A stretch of 64,000 nt of DNA from contig OZ231126.1 in assembly GCA_965153355.1 (NCBI GenBank), positions 39,618,001 through 39,682,000 of the forward strand, given 5' to 3'. The translations under genes and the position numbers were made by a program. Shown one piece after another: positions 1 through 14,840 of the stretch; the first letter of the stretch is position 1; each line of letters begins with the position of its first letter. The stretch comes from Flaccisagitta enflata. Taxonomy: Eukaryota. The notes below the pieces were generated by a model. The model was given only the letters and a program-made list of their open reading frames with translations. It did not search any database and was not told where the DNA came from.

Positions 1-2
1 AA

Positions 3-452
3 GTCGCCGCCGACGCCGCCGATGACGCCATCGCCGGCAAATCTCCGGCTTCGGCGAATTCTTCTTCCACGATCAACTTCAATCGGCAGAATACGACGCA
101 AAAAATGGCGCAATCGCCCAGGACGGCGCCCTCGACGCCGTTATTGACCAAAGAGAGCCAAACTTCTTCTACGACGTTGTCATCGACGTTCGACGAGGAA
201 GCGGATGGCTCTAAGACGCCTCAAGGAGCATCCACAACGCAAGAAACGACAACAACAATAACAAAGGCGCCAACAACGACAATAACAATGGCGCCAACAA
301 CGACAACAGACAAAAGCCCAGTATATGATTCCTTCATCGTTCAAATCGACAGCAGCAACAACGACGACCATGACTGGCCGGAGGATTGGGGAAATTGGGG
401 GGAAGAAGGGGAAGAAGAGCAGGTGTACGACGAAGAGACGGAGGGAACTCAA

Positions 453-483
<31 letters not shown>

Positions 484-555
484 CTTCTTCCTCATCCGCC
501 ACCAAAACGTTGGTTCAACCACCCACGACGGCCCAGAAAAAAATAAACCAACCAA
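3..555 (+). CDS. Probable exon of a host gene, open at the window start; low-complexity Ser/Thr/Asp/Glu-rich, mucin-like segment
   Basis: The frame of ORF 105-581 is open back to base 3 (VAADAADDAIAGKSPAS...). Composition is GC/CpG-richer than the flanks. A strong donor CCAA|GTAAGT at 556 is followed by T-rich intron-like sequence. No domain recognised. Confidence 0.55.
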
Positions 556-701
556 GTAAGTTTTTTTCTTTATTTCGATAGATTCTTTTTAAAAAAATTT
601 CATCTTTTTTGGTCAATTTTTATCAGTATTATTGAATTCTTTGCCTTATTTCATCAGCATCTTCAAGACTTGTTAATATAATTCTCATATCCAAATACTA
701 C

Positions 702-803
<102 letters not shown>

Positions 804-1145
804 TTTGTTTTTGCGGTTTCTCTGCCCTTCTCCAATCTTAATCACTTTAAAATCTTTTTTTTTTCTTTGCTTAGACAAACAAATATGAAATTCCGCGAAA
901 CGAGAAAAAGACAGAGAGATAGCAAAGAATCTTTCATTTTTTGCTACGTTTTCAAATTTCATCTCATTTCTTTTTCTTTCTTTTTTCTCTCCTTTTCTTT
1001 TTTATTTCATGTCTGACATTTATATTGACACACATTTAAAACGTTTCATTTCGTTTCATTGAGTCCTCGACCTTAGCTGCTTTTGACATACATCAGATTG
1101 AGTGAATAGATCTAGTTACCATTTTTTTGGTTTTCTCCTGCGTAG

Positions 1146-1162
1146 ATCATTACATGAGATAA
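1146..1162 (+). CDS. Candidate short terminal coding exon (..N-H-Y-M-R-stop) of the same gene
   Basis: Polypyrimidine tract plus acceptor TTTTCTCCTGCGTAG| ending at 1145. Splicing from the phase-1 donor at 555 gives AAT CAT TAC ATG AGA TAA. Confidence 0.3.
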
Positions 1163-1181
1163 CGGGAATTGATCCCAATCC

Positions 1182-1586
1182 ATCACGGTCGTAATGGATA
1201 AAGAGATGTACGACGAAAAAATAAGGGCTCTTCTAGATGATCCATCAACCTATAAGAAGCTCATCGCTGACCCCACCAACAGCCACAAGAACACCATCAT
1301 TGCAGCGTTGGCCACCATCAAGGGGTACGTGCCTCAAACCGTCTATTGGCGTCTCTACCCTAACACCAGCCAACCCCCTTTATACTTTGGCAACCCAAAG
1401 ATCCACAAGGAGGGCCTCCCGATGCGTCCCATAGTCTCGGCGCGTAATACCATCTTCAGCGGCCTTACAAAGGAGATGGGTCGCATTCTCTCTCCTCTGG
1501 TTGGCCACACCCAGCACCATCTAAGGGACAGTACCGACCTGAAGAGTAAATTAGAGCACGTGACAATTCCATCCACACACTGCCTA
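1182..1586 (+). mobile_element. Penelope-like retroelement reverse-transcriptase fragment, truncated at both ends
   Basis: Translation ITVVMDKEMYDEKIRALLDD..TYKKL..DPT...PPLYFGNPKIHKEGLPMRPIVS...ILSPLVG..HHLRDS matches the PLE RT N-terminal motifs (TVVMD, YGLPKIHK, PLRPIVS). Similarity stops just before the expected SFDV motif, where TATG repeats begin. Confidence 0.85.
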
Positions 1587-3137
1587 CATATTAAATATAC
1601 ATTTAAGTATTACTACAAGTATGATGGGTATATATATGTAAAGTAAGTATGTATAAGTATGTATGTATATGTATTGATATTGACATTGATAATTTAAAAC
1701 ATTTTGAGATATTATTGAACATTTGTGGAACATTTTGGAGCATTATGGAACATTGTGAACATTATGGAACATTGTGAGCATTGTGGAAATTGGTGTTGTC
1801 AAAATTGGTGTCAGGAAATTGCGTTGTCAAATAAAATTGCGTTGTGGAAATTGGTATTGTAGAAAAATTGCGTTGTGAACGTAAGAGATAGGAAAAGAAA
1901 GGGAGGGAGGAAGAAGTAGCAGAAACAGCAGCATGTATGTGTAAGCATGTTAGTAAGTATATGTAAGCATGTAAAGCATGTGCGCATGTAAGTAGCATGT
2001 ATGTAAGTAAGGTATGTGGCATATACAAAGTATGGTACAAGAAAATGTGTTATGTATGTATGTATATGTATGTATGTATCATATATATAATTATGTAAGT
2101 AAGTATGGCATGTGTGGCAAGTATGTAAGCATGTGGCATGTATAAGTATTGTTAGTATGTAGTAAGTATGTAGTATGTTACATAGTATGAAGTTATGTAG
2201 GCATGTATGTATGTATATGTATGTATGTATATATGTATATGTATATGTATGTATATATGTATGTATATGTATATGTATATATGTATGTGCGTATGGGTGC
2301 ATGTAAGCATGTGCGTATGTAAGTATGTAAGTAAGTATGTAAGTATGTAGTAAGTAAGTATGTAGTATGTTAAGTACGTAGTATGAAGTTATGTAGGTAT
2401 GTATGTATGTAAGTGCGTAGGTTATGTATATGTATGTATGTATGTATGTATGTATATGTATATGTATATATGTGTATGTATATGTATGTATACATATGTA
2501 AGTATGTATAAGTATGTATGTACGTATGTAAACATGTGGGCATGTATGTAAGTAAGTATGTAAGTGTGTAATTATGTAAGTATATGTATGTATGTATGTA
2601 TGTATGAATGTATGTATGTACATGTATGTATGTATATGTATGTGTATGTATGTATGTATGTAACTATGTAACTATGTATATATGTATGTGTGTATGTATG
2701 TATGTACGTATGTACATAAAGACACTAATGTAATGTTGTATAAGGATATAAGAATGAAGTATGTATATGTAAATATAGTAGTATATGCATATGTATATGT
2801 ATATGAAGACATGTATGTATGTACGTATGTGTATGTGCTGCACGTATGTATGTAAGTAAGCATTACTTTTTTACATGTATGTATATTGTATATGTAGTAT
2901 GTAAGTAAATATGTAAGTATGTATATATCTAAGTATGTATGTATGTAAGTATGTAAGTATGTAAGTATGTAAGTATGTAAGTATGTAAGTATGTAAGTAT
3001 GTAAGTATGTAAGTATGTAAGTATGTAATTATGTAAGTAAGTATGTAAGTATGTAGTAAGTATGTATGTAGTATGTTAAGTATGTAGTATGAAGTTATGT
3101 AGTTGTGTGTAGTATGAAGTTGTGTAGTTTTGTGTAA
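1587..3137. repeat. Degenerate (TATG/TAAGTATG)n low-complexity array, ~1.5 kb
   Basis: Visible tandem TATG/GTAA repeats, with a near-pure (AAGTATGT)n run at ~2945-3030. Confidence 0.9.
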
Positions 3138-6100
3138 CTTAGCACGCGACTGTTGGCCTGTTGGGCTTGTTTCTTTAAATCAAGAATTGAATATTTAAAG
3201 AAAATCTAAGAAACTATTTACAGTAGAAACCCTTGTTCATACGTTCACACTTGCTACTTGATACTTAACTATGTAAGATAAGTGGAAGTATGTTGCATGA
3301 CTATGAAACCGGAAAATGTGCTTAGAACTTAGTTTATTGTAATAAACAGCCTAGAAGCAAAGCCTGGTCAATAAGAGGATTAGAATGGGATAAACACTGT
3401 TACACACATTTCACACTGTCAGTTAAACATATTAGTTTCTAACACCAAGATCATTTTCAGTCACTAACCTTCTGCAAGTGAGAACAGAATCGATTAAAAA
3501 AAAAAAGAATTTAAACAAAACAAATCAATGACGGAAATCTTACAGGAAGAGGAATTCATTTGTTTATCTTTTTGAGATCCTCAAAAGACTTTGAATCAGA
3601 AATTGCCAATTGGCACAAAACAGAATAAATGTTCCGCTATCGAAAAATGATGAGTAAGAAAAGCCAAACGAGTCTCAAACCTCAAAATGATTGTAGATCG
3701 AGAAGATAAAAAAGAAAAAAAATTGGCAACTTCCTTTGGGTCTTAATTTGGCTCTTATTCTAATCTTTCACACAACTCACAAGGTTGTGCCAATGATATT
3801 TCTATCACGATATTGTTATTAAGCATTACAGCCATATACACCGCTAGGATGCATGTGGGCATTTATAAGTTGTTTGCCAAGCGTGCAGGGCCAGGGGTAT
3901 CGAAGTGCCAGGGGGTAAAGGGTAGCCTCATAATGCAGATGGACGTGGAAATATCCAAGCGTCGTGATTTCACCGGTTGTTTTTTACGTACCCGGCTACA
4001 GGTAGCCTTCGTCTCCCTTTTCGCTGAGCATCAGAATTATTCGTCACCACAAAAAGCACAAAAATCCAAAACAGCTGAGAAAAACTCATTTTTGAGGTTT
4101 CTTTGTTTTTGAGAATTTCTTTAAGAGATAAAAAAAAAAATCACGATTTTTTTTTATTCAGTTCGCGAGTGTTTTCCCGTTGCCTGATTTGTTTCCAACA
4201 AATTTCTTACGCTATCGCTTTTATTTATATGCAAACTATTTCCTTGATTTACGTTTCTTATTATTTTGAAAGGAGAGTAGCTGATTGAGCGCGTCTTGTT
4301 TTTTTTTAACACTTTTTTTTTTAACCTTTTCGAGTGTCGATGAATTCTCTAATTTTCGTTGTATTGTCTTTTTTTTCACATACTCGAAATATATGTTGTT
4401 TTTTTTTTACTCGGCTCCTTGACTTGACAACGAATTGATTTCGACGCGTGTGTCTTTTTTTCTTCTTTTTTTTGCCGATTTTGTGTCGATTTTTCTTTCA
4501 AGTGGCGAAAAAGAGTCAATTTCTGCGCTTTTGATTGAGATCGAAGTCTCACTAAAAGATTCTTCCTTTTTTCCCCGTTCCTTCTTGATTTTTTCAACGC
4601 GTTCTTCTTTCTTTCTCCTCCTTTCCTTTTTTTTCCGCGCCGTTTTACTTAATTTTCATTTACCTTTTGTTCTCTTTTTTCTAAATCATTATTTTATGGA
4701 TCGCAGATTATCTTTTTAAGAGATGGTTCAGACGCAGTCGTGGGCAATAAATGGCGTTATCGTAGGCTATTGTTGGCGTGACTGATGTGAGTTGTTAGTT
4801 AGCGTTGACTAGAGTTACCGATGACGTTGTTGACAAGAGTCACTAGATTCGTTGTCAACATTTGTTGACGCACTAATTGGGGAAAGTAAAAGGTCATGGG
4901 TCGCAGTTGGATGCAGTGGGATGCGATAATTGGTAATTATCATTCCTCGTAAATCGCAATTTTCAATTTTTGACTTTCACAATTTCTAGCGGGTTCAGTG
5001 GCGATTCGCATAAATCCGTGAATATTAGGATGAATGTATCGAGGTTGTATTTGTTAGATCGATTGTGCCGTGCTTTGAGGACCAAGTGGGTGCAAGTTTT
5101 GTTGTTATTGAATCATTTGAGGTTGTCGAAGTAGAAGACGATGAAGAGGTTGAAGGTGACAAAGGTGACAAAGGTAGCGGAGGAAGTGACGAGGGAGGCA
5201 AGTTATTGTCACCGAAATTTCGATTTCCTCCGAAGCCAAGTTTCTTCGAATTTCTTTGCCAATCAAATCGAATTTCTTTGATAACGAGAAAAACTTTTCG
5301 ATTTGCAAATTCTCGATTTTTCTTTCTTTTTACGACGAGTTTCAATGTTTCGGTTTTGATTCTGCCTGTTTTTGCATTTATCATTATTTTCATTGGTGTA
5401 TATGTTGGTTTGCTTATTTTTCTTCTTTTTTCCCCTTCCTTTTCTCACTCCCTTATTCAGTTTTGGATCTCTGAGAATGATCCGTTTTACCGTATTTCGT
5501 AAGCAGGATGTGTACAAATCGCAGAGATTAAGTGGGGAAACAGATCGTTTGGTTATTATTATGTTTTAGTTTTAGTGTCCGCCTGCCAGAGAATAAATAA
5601 GTAAATCTCTTTGTCGCGATCCAACGACCTCGAAATACATGACATAGCAAGTCTTTTTTGGAACGATTTTTCTGCAGTGAATTACACTCAAGGACGAGTT
5701 AAGAGTTTGTCGATGATGATAAAATCGATGAGTATATAACGTAGGAATCCAACGAAATGTATAAGTTAAGAGGCAAAAAAGTATGGGAGTTTATGGCCGT
5801 CAATGAGAATTGGTCGTGAAAATTAATTTGCCAATGGTTTTGAACATAAATATGAGTTTGTCCGTTAATTGTGGTTTTCTCTTTATTAAAAAAGATTTTC
5901 ACACACAAGAACTGGACGCAAAATACTCGAAATTCAAGATGATCCTTTCGTACTCACGGAGACCAAAGAAAAAGCCGATAAAGAGGAGGAGGAGGAGGAG
6001 GAGTAGAGGAAGGAAGAAGAAGAAGAATAAGAAGAGACGGAGAGTGAGGATGAGGCGACGGAGAGGAGGAGAAGACGGAGGTTGAGGAGGAGGCCGCTTA

Positions 6101-6960
6101 ACGAGTGAGAGACTAAGAGGTTGAAGAGGAAGGGTGGCATAGGGGAAGGGGGTCGGGGTTCAGGGTTCAATCAAAACTAGGGAAAGGCTTGTTTGTTTGG
6201 GCAGGGGCAAAGCGATTGGCAAATTTGGTGGGGCGAACGCCATCTTATTTTTTGGGCAAGGCGTTTTGATCGATGGTGAAGGCGTAGAATGGTTGGCTTC
6301 TGTGATGAGGCCGAGTCTGCCACTCAAACCAATTCTCAAATAATTGAACTTGAACTTGAACTTACGTGACATGATTAAGGGTAGTGTGTTTTTTACCCTT
6401 TTTCCTGCGAGTCCAAAGCCTCGGCTGAGGTACAACACTTTATATCTTGTTTGTCTTTTATTGTCCTTTATTGTCTTTCCCTTTCCTCATTGCCAACATT
6501 ATCACACTTCTAAAAACTGATGCAAAAGCATAGTAGAGTAGTTTTAAGGAACGTAGAAGAGATAAGTGTTGTTTTCTTCGTCGAGTTTCTTCTCAAAAAT
6601 GCAAATTGCCAACGATTGCACATTCTCTTTGATAGAGAAAAGCGTGGTATTCACTTTTACAATCTCTCAAGTGTTTCAAACATTGTGTTGTAATTGCGAC
6701 GTAGATTTTCGAGAAATTCAAAGCATTAAGTATTATTTTGGAACACGCACGCATACAGGCATTCATGCACGCACCCATCCCCCTCCCCACCCCCACCCCC
6801 GACACACACAAACAGTTATACATGTGTGTATTTGTTTCCTTGTGTCCACTTCTTTTCCATAATTGTCTGTTTCGGGAGAAAGATCGGCTGACGCATCTCT
6901 ACTAAAAACAAAATACGATGGACCAAATATATATTTTACCGACTTGTGAATGGTACGTAC

Positions 6961-7125
<165 letters not shown>

Positions 7126-7275
7126 CGTAAACTATAGATCATAATATTTTTCTTCATTTGGTCGAACGTTATGTTGTCGGTAGTTGTTACAACCTACAGA
7201 AAACGAAAGTTAAGATTATGCCTTTGGTCAATTCTTATCATAAGAAGAAAAGGCGTAACGTTTCACAAAGGGATC

Positions 7276-7407
<132 letters not shown>

Positions 7408-7676
7408 GTAGCTATTTTGGGGATTCGGCAACTAACGCACCTACCTAAGGTTCACCTCTGTGTAACGGACCAACAGTTGCATGACATAAATCACGGTTAG
7501 TTCCTTTTAAAGCTGGGAAAAGAGAGAAGGGGAGAGGAGTGGGGGTAGCGAAATCGGGGTAGCAAAATCGGGGGAGTAGAGAATTAGCAGAGAATTAGCA
7601 GGAAAGAAAGTAGGTACGAAAGAACAGGACAGAGGATCAAATGATGAAAATACTTGGACAAGAAGACAGGGAAGAG

Positions 7677-7877
7677 AACAGGGCCGGAAACACGGCTACC
7701 CCAGTCGCGTGCGGGTGGGCCATAATTGAGGTCACTTGATCATTTGGACAGGAGCAGCAAGGCCAAAGACCGCAAAAAGAAAAAAAACCAAAACAAATTA
7801 GTGTGACGGACGGACGGACGGACGGACGGACGGACAGACGGACGAACGGACAAAGCGGAGTCGCGTAGCACGCGTCT
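7677..7877 (-). mobile_element. DINE-1/HINE-like non-autonomous Helentron derivative, family A
   Basis: AACAGGGCCGG..CACGGC end, internal AGTCGCGTG sub-TIR, (GGAC)n microsatellite, terminal hairpin AGTCGCGTAGCACGCGTCT followed by an A-run. Confidence 0.7.
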
Positions 7878-8538
7878 AAAAAGAAAACGTGCAAGTTGTC
7901 AAGGGAATGGGAAAGTATGGCTCCTGTTAGCGAATTTTTCCACAGCAAATACTCAACCCGTCTGAAGGATGTTTACTTATTGAACGTTGTTTAGGACAAA
8001 AACGGAAACTCGTTTTGTTGAAGAAAGCGGGGGGGGGGGGGGAGGTGACAAAGGAGGGTGGAACATTTGCAGCCGAGTGGGATCGGCAAAACGTTTTCCT
8101 TGGAAAACCCCAGATGATAACGAAGAGGAACCAAGTTGGTTACCAAGTTGTCGCAAATTAAAGAGGCATTTTGTCATAATCCGTTTAACCCCCCCCCCGC
8201 CCCCCCCCCCCATCCGGATTTAAGGAATATCCAGGCTGGAAAGATTTGTTTCAAAATAATCAGAAATCCCCATTTCCTCGATCCTCATAGAGTTAATAAA
8301 ATCTCTTCTCGTAGTGATGAGGAATATCCTCCTTTTCCTTCTACTCCTCCTCATCATCCTCCTCCTTTTCCTCCTCCTTAAACTACTTGTCTCTCCTTTG
8401 GCCAGAAATTGCGTCGCGTGTTGAAATTCTTGAAAAAGAAATGTCTGAAATGATGCTGAGGTGATCATTAATGGCTATTCACAACAACGCGATGGTCATG
8501 GAAGGCCCACGGGTTGCTATATGGGGGTATTAATTAGA

Positions 8539-8643
<105 letters not shown>

Positions 8644-8804
8644 CATTGAATGAATAAAAGAAGCCAGGTTTGTGTGAAAACAAGGCCGGTTAAAAGGCTA
8701 CCCCCGTCCTGTGTGAGTCGACAGGGGCAGTGGTAGAGAAGGTCACTTGGGCATTTGGGTAGGCAGTGAGCCAAAAAAAAAAAAAGTAAATAGTCCCAAA
8801 TGCG

Positions 8805-9232
8805 TTAGATGGTCAGCGGTACCCGTGCCCTGTTTGTGATGGAAATTGAGGGAGGGAGCGGGGAAGCGGCGCCTATGCTTTTTCACATGGGGAAATTTCT
8901 CCTTTCTCTTCTCCTTACAGTGGTTGGTATTTGGGCCTTTGGGCTGAATCAGGCAGAATCTGACTGATTTTTGCCAAATTTGGCCGGATTAGGCTGAATT
9001 TGGCCAATTTTGGTCAAATTTTACTGAATTCAATCAAATAGGGCCAAATCTGGCAGAATTTGGCAAAATGAGGCAGGATTTGGCAAAATTAGGCAGATTT
9101 GACAGAGTTTGATGGAATCGGTGGAATTTGGGTCCCAAGGCCTAAGGAGGAGGGGGGGGTAATGTAGGAGGAGGAGAAATTTCCCCCCGATGTGAAAGCG
9201 TAAGTCATCGGCCCCTTCGGGGTCGCTACCCA
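8805..9232 (-). mobile_element. HINE-like element, family B (GGGCAGCGGCCCC-type end), degenerate, with internal 10-bp GGCAGAATTT-like repeats
   Basis: Shares GGTCAGCGGTACCC.TGCCCTG and GGCCCCTTCGGGGTCGCTACCCAAAA with the reverse complement of the copies at 13838 and 21721, and with the copy at 33800. Confidence 0.6.
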
Positions 9233-9585
9233 AAAGGGAACTGGCGGACCAACAGACCAACAGACCGACGGACCGACATAACGGGGTGTAGAGTCGCGTA
9301 GCATGTAACGGAAAGACAAAAAAAAAAATGATATAGAACAAGAAAGTCAATTAAAATTGATTTTTGTATTGATAGATGGGTGGTCAGTTTTTCATTAAAG
9401 GAAAGCTGAGGAGCATCAAAAGAAACACAGACGCTCCTGAGCCATTTAGAGTAGAAGAAGGGGGAGATTATAGCTTTGGAAATAAAATCCAGATTCGGGA
9501 GTTTTTATCTCTCTGTCTGTCTCCGTCTGTCTCTGTCTGTCTTTCTGTCGATCTGTCTCTCTCTCTCTGTCTCTGTCTCTCTCTG

Positions 9586-9709
<124 letters not shown>

Positions 9710-9795
9710 CTTCCAAACTTCAACTGGGGAGGTCGCAATTTCAACAAGCAGCTGCAAAACAACGCAAAATGCAGAAAATACAAAAGTAAGTGAGA

Positions 9796-9899
<104 letters not shown>

Positions 9900-9903
9900 A
9901 AAA

Positions 9904-10009
<106 letters not shown>

Positions 10010-11427
10010 AATAAGACAGAAAAATGGAGAAAGTTGTTCCCGCCGCAGGTAGGATGATGGCGGTACCAGATTATGTGAATTAAGTGAAAATCGAGTCTTA
10101 GCGGGGGTTTTTCTGCTCGCCAACACACTTTCAAAACATGTATATTTGGATCTGAATTTCCCATTACCCCCTTCCCATCATAACTCTCGCCTTATCCCCA
10201 TCTTCCTTCCTGTCCCTCCCCTAGAAGATAATCTATATACCCTTCTCATTTTACTCAGTCCCTTACCACCATCCATATCTCCCAACTTTCTACCACTCCC
10301 ACTTTACTACACCCGCCCCTACCTATTGTCCTATAACCGTACTGCATCTGGACTTCTTTTGTTTTCCGATACTCCTTTACCCTACCCATCCCCTGCCTCT
10401 ATTCCTCTCATCATTCCACAAAATCTTCTCCGACTACCCATCCCCACAACTCTTCTTTCTCCATGAGGGTCGGTAAATGAAGTTTCATTTAACCCACGAG
10501 TGATCCCAGAGGGGCAGCAAAGGTAATAACTCGTCAAGGAATCCTTTCTTTTATTTAACCATTCTTTTAAACAAATGAGGTTTTTGTTTGATTTTTGCCC
10601 CCTGATCGTTTTGCCTCATTTTACACGTTCTCATCCAATTGGACCCTAAAATTAAAATCACGCCGTCGCTTTCCGTGGGGGTTTAGGTTAAGAAAAAGAA
10701 AAAAAGAAACCCCCGCAAAACGATGACGATCGATGACCCCCGCAAATCAATGACTGTATTTCACCCCTTGCGTCTTGAGAAGTGAATATCTGCGAAACAC
10801 CTCCTCAGTTAGATACTACTAATAAAATAAGATGGCATAAATTCGTTTTGTGAGAACTGGAAAGAGTTTCTTCAAATGAAGCACAAAGCCCAGAAGTTTT
10901 TAGTTGCGGACACTCTATAAGAGGCTTTGTCCGTCCGTTGGTCTGTTGGTCCGTTGGTCCATTGGTCTGTTGGTCCATTGGTCCGTCGGTCCGTGAGCAC
11001 GAGTCCGTCCGTCCGCAACGATATTGTGACCCCGCGTCACTTGTTTATCGACTACTTCAGATTTTGTCATAAGATGAGGAAAATGGTGTCGGAATCTGTG
11101 TATGAACTATCTACTCTACAAAAGATATGGAGAACGACCTTTTTTATTTGATCGTAATGCTTTGAAGTACAAGAAATCCATTTAAATCTTAGATCATCGA
11201 AGATTTTAAATAGAGCTTTTATTTGTCGCCAATCTCACATCTCTAGCTCGATTTCTTTAGACAGTAATGGAAAGACTCAGAAGGAATCATTTCCTAGTTT
11301 TAAAAGATGCATTACCACAATGTACCCATTGACTTCAAATAAATGTCAATTCTTAACAATATAAGCAAGGAGACTGGTCTAGAATAAAACGATGAGTTTA
11401 AATCTTTCAAACGGTCACTGACTTTCT

Positions 11428-11600
11428 TTTAGCCGCGTGGTACGCGACTCTTCACCCCGCTTTGTCCGTCCGTCGGTCCATAACACCTTTTTTTGCGGTT
11501 TTTGCCTCACTGCTCCTGCCAAAATGATCTAAGTAGTGACCTCAAATACGGCCCCTGCCTACCCGCACACGACTGGGGTAGTTGGTATCCGGTCTTGCTT
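11428..11600 (+). mobile_element. HINE-like element, family A
   Basis: TTTTAGCCGCGTGGTACGCGACT 5' hairpin, (GTCC)n, and 3' end GACTGGGGTAGTTGGTATCCGGTCTTG. Confidence 0.65.
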
Positions 11601-12232
11601 CTCAAACATGGATGATATAAGGGGAAATAAAAGGAGCCTTTTTTTGAAATTTTTGTAGTGAAATTTCTTTTTTTCTTTCGTCATTCATAGACGTTCAAAA
11701 CATGACAATACTAAACAACATCCATGACTGTAAGCCAGCCATTCAAAATCTAGCTTTTGAGTTGTTTCAGGAGTTCTTAGCTCAATTTGTAAAGAAATTA
11801 CGACGGTTTACTTAAAATTTGTCCTTCGAGAACTGTGATGGAAAATCTATTCTCCCACATCCGTTTTGATACATTCTAACATTCATCTTAATTTTCATAT
11901 AGACTCCAAATTACCAGTGACCATCATGAAAAAAAGAATGGCGTTACCATCTCATAGACACTTCAGCAACATACAGTGTTCAGTCTTAAGACGGATATTC
12001 TGATCGCTACTCTTCCACCAATTTGATATTCAAAGAAATGAATTGTTATCTACGGAATAGGAACCTCTATCGTGTTGGGGCGCTTTTTGCTTTCATAACG
12101 ATTTGATTTTGAATCAGTTTCCTTCAACTTGAGGAAAATGAGACTCGATTACGAACAGATCACTCCAAATAAAGGGATATCGATATCAATGACATAAGGG
12201 CTGAGTGAAAACTGATACATCAAAAGAGAGAG

Positions 12233-12589
<357 letters not shown>

Positions 12590-13355
12590 GAACAGACAAG
12601 CCGCTCAGTTTTACGAACCAGTTCACAGGATATCTAACATCACCTGAAGGGACAAATAGTCGTTTGGCTACTTGACACCTCTAATAGCTAGCGATCAGAT
12701 TAATACTTGTTAAGTTTAAAAAACCGTTTAGAGAGTGTTTTGATGAGACCTTCAGCGTGTTTCCACATTGATTTATTTTGCCTGTTGCATTTGTCCGTTC
12801 ATAATTGCATCTTCACCAGAAACTGTGACACTCGCCTGTTCCCGCTCGCATCAGTTTACCAATTAGATAACATATCAAATTGCTAAACATGTCATTATGG
12901 AAATAAAATTTTAGACCGCATCCTAGACTCCTTTCAGATCCGGAAATGAGTGATTAGAATCGATATGGTTACTTTAAACCTAATAACTTCGTTGGACAGT
13001 GATATCTGCTGCTAAACTAGCAATTTCGTTGCTTCTTCAAGCGAATTTAAAGACCGCCTAGCAATAGATTTTTTTTCTGTGTAATATCTATTTATCCAGC
13101 CACTCACTAGCTATTTATCCAGCTACTCATTAATTATGGTTAACTAGCAGTCTTTATGGGTCAAGACAGCACAGTTAATAGCGTCGCCATTGCTTTTTTG
13201 TGTCCAAAAAGGACTTCTATACTTTTCCCAGTTGCATCATACTTCTTGATCATTTTCTGGCTTCAGACACAAAGGTCATGGTCAAGTTACTTTTTGCACA
13301 TAGTTTTCATGGGATCAAATTTCAAGAGCTCTGATTTCCGCCCAAACATATCAGT

Positions 13356-13480
<125 letters not shown>

Positions 13481-13837
13481 TGAGAGGTCTCCGAATCCGC
13501 CATCAAACGACTGTTTTAGAGGCGCCCTTGTTTGTATCTTTTTGGTAGGCCATGTCCGTCCATTGGTTAATTGGTCGTTTTTCTTTTCTTGGATTTTAAC
13601 ACCTCTGCCTCTGGCAGCTGTTATACTTGAGTGATTTTCAAAGGCCATGTCTCTCCATTGATAGGCGGATTTGCTAGTTGTAATTCTTTATCAACCATTG
13701 GAGGCATCTTCATACTATGCATACTTAACCATTAAATGACCATCTATAGATTTACCCTCCTATCGCTTTATGATATCACGACCACATTCTGATGAACATG
13801 TGTAATGATGATAAGGTTTGGCATTTTACACTTTTTT

Positions 13838-14089
13838 GGGCAGCGGCCCCGAAGGGGACGAAGTCCTGTAGAACACAGGGGGACTTGTGTTGGACACATA
13901 GGTCCAGATTTCAGACCTGAGAGGGCCTGGGGGACAGATGGACAGACGGACGGACAAACAAAAGTCCCCCTGTATTCTACAGGACTTTGTCCCCTTCGGG
14001 GCCACTGCCCTGCTTCCTCTCACTCCATTTCACAATCATGCAAACCAGGGCAACGGGTATCGCTGACCATATCTTGCCCTTGGGCGACC
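13838..14089 (+). mobile_element. HINE-like element, family B, with ~47-bp internal inverted repeat
   Basis: GGGCAGCGGCCCCGAAGGGGACGAAGTCCTGTAGAACACAGGGGGAC (13838-13884) pairs with 13964-14010. Internal (GGAC)n, 3' stem-loop GCCC-TT-GGGC, T-runs on both flanks, no TSD. Confidence 0.7.
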
Positions 14090-14164
14090 TTTTTCAAGAT
14101 ACCATCCCCAGTTGCCCATCTAATGGTAGTTTGGGCTAAAATCCATCAACAACTTGAACATATA

Positions 14165-14840
14165 TTTCAGTTTGGGTATAGTGAGGGATATTGTTTCACT
14201 TTTCATACAACTCAGTACCTTGGATTAGAATGTCCGGCGGTCGCATTAAGCTTGACCTCGATTCTATCCTCTAAGGGTATGGTTTCTTTACAATGTTACC
14301 CTCGGATGTTTTGTTGAATTTTGGTTACAAAAGTAACAATCATGGCCCTAACTACTTTTGGTAAGCAGTTTGCTTTTGGTTTATTTTGAGGAGGAATGTT
14401 TTTCAGATTCTGTTTTATGGAAAACTAGGAGTGGTGCGCGTATTAACTAGTCAGTGAGGGTTCACAAGGCCCTCTTCCATTTTTTTCAGTTTGGGTATAG
14501 TGAGGGATATTGTTTCACTTTTCATGCAATTCAGTACCTTGGATTAGAATGTCCGGCGGTCGCATTAAGCTTGATCTCGATTCTATCCTCAAAGGGTATG
14601 GTTTCTTTACAATGTTACCCTCGGGTGATTTGTTGAATTTTGGTTACAAAAGTAACAATCATGGCCCTAACTACTTTTGGTAAGCAGTTTGCTTTTGGGT
14701 TAGATGGAGGAGGAATGTTTTTCAGATTCTGTTTCAAGGAAAACTGGTGCGCGTATTAACTAGTCAGTGAGGGTTCACAAGGCCCTCTTCCATTTATTTC
14801 ACTTTGGGTATAGTGAGGGATATTGTTTCACTTTTCATAC
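14165..14840. repeat. Tandem duplication, ~315-bp unit, ~2.1 copies
   Basis: TTTGGGTATAGTGAGGGATATTGTTTCACTTTTCAT recurs at ~14171, ~14490 and ~14803, with near-identical intervening sequence. Confidence 0.9.

Noticed and set aside
1811-2623. 270-aa His/Thr/Tyr/Ile-rich ORF
   Set aside because: It is a translation of the (CATA)n strand of the low-complexity array.
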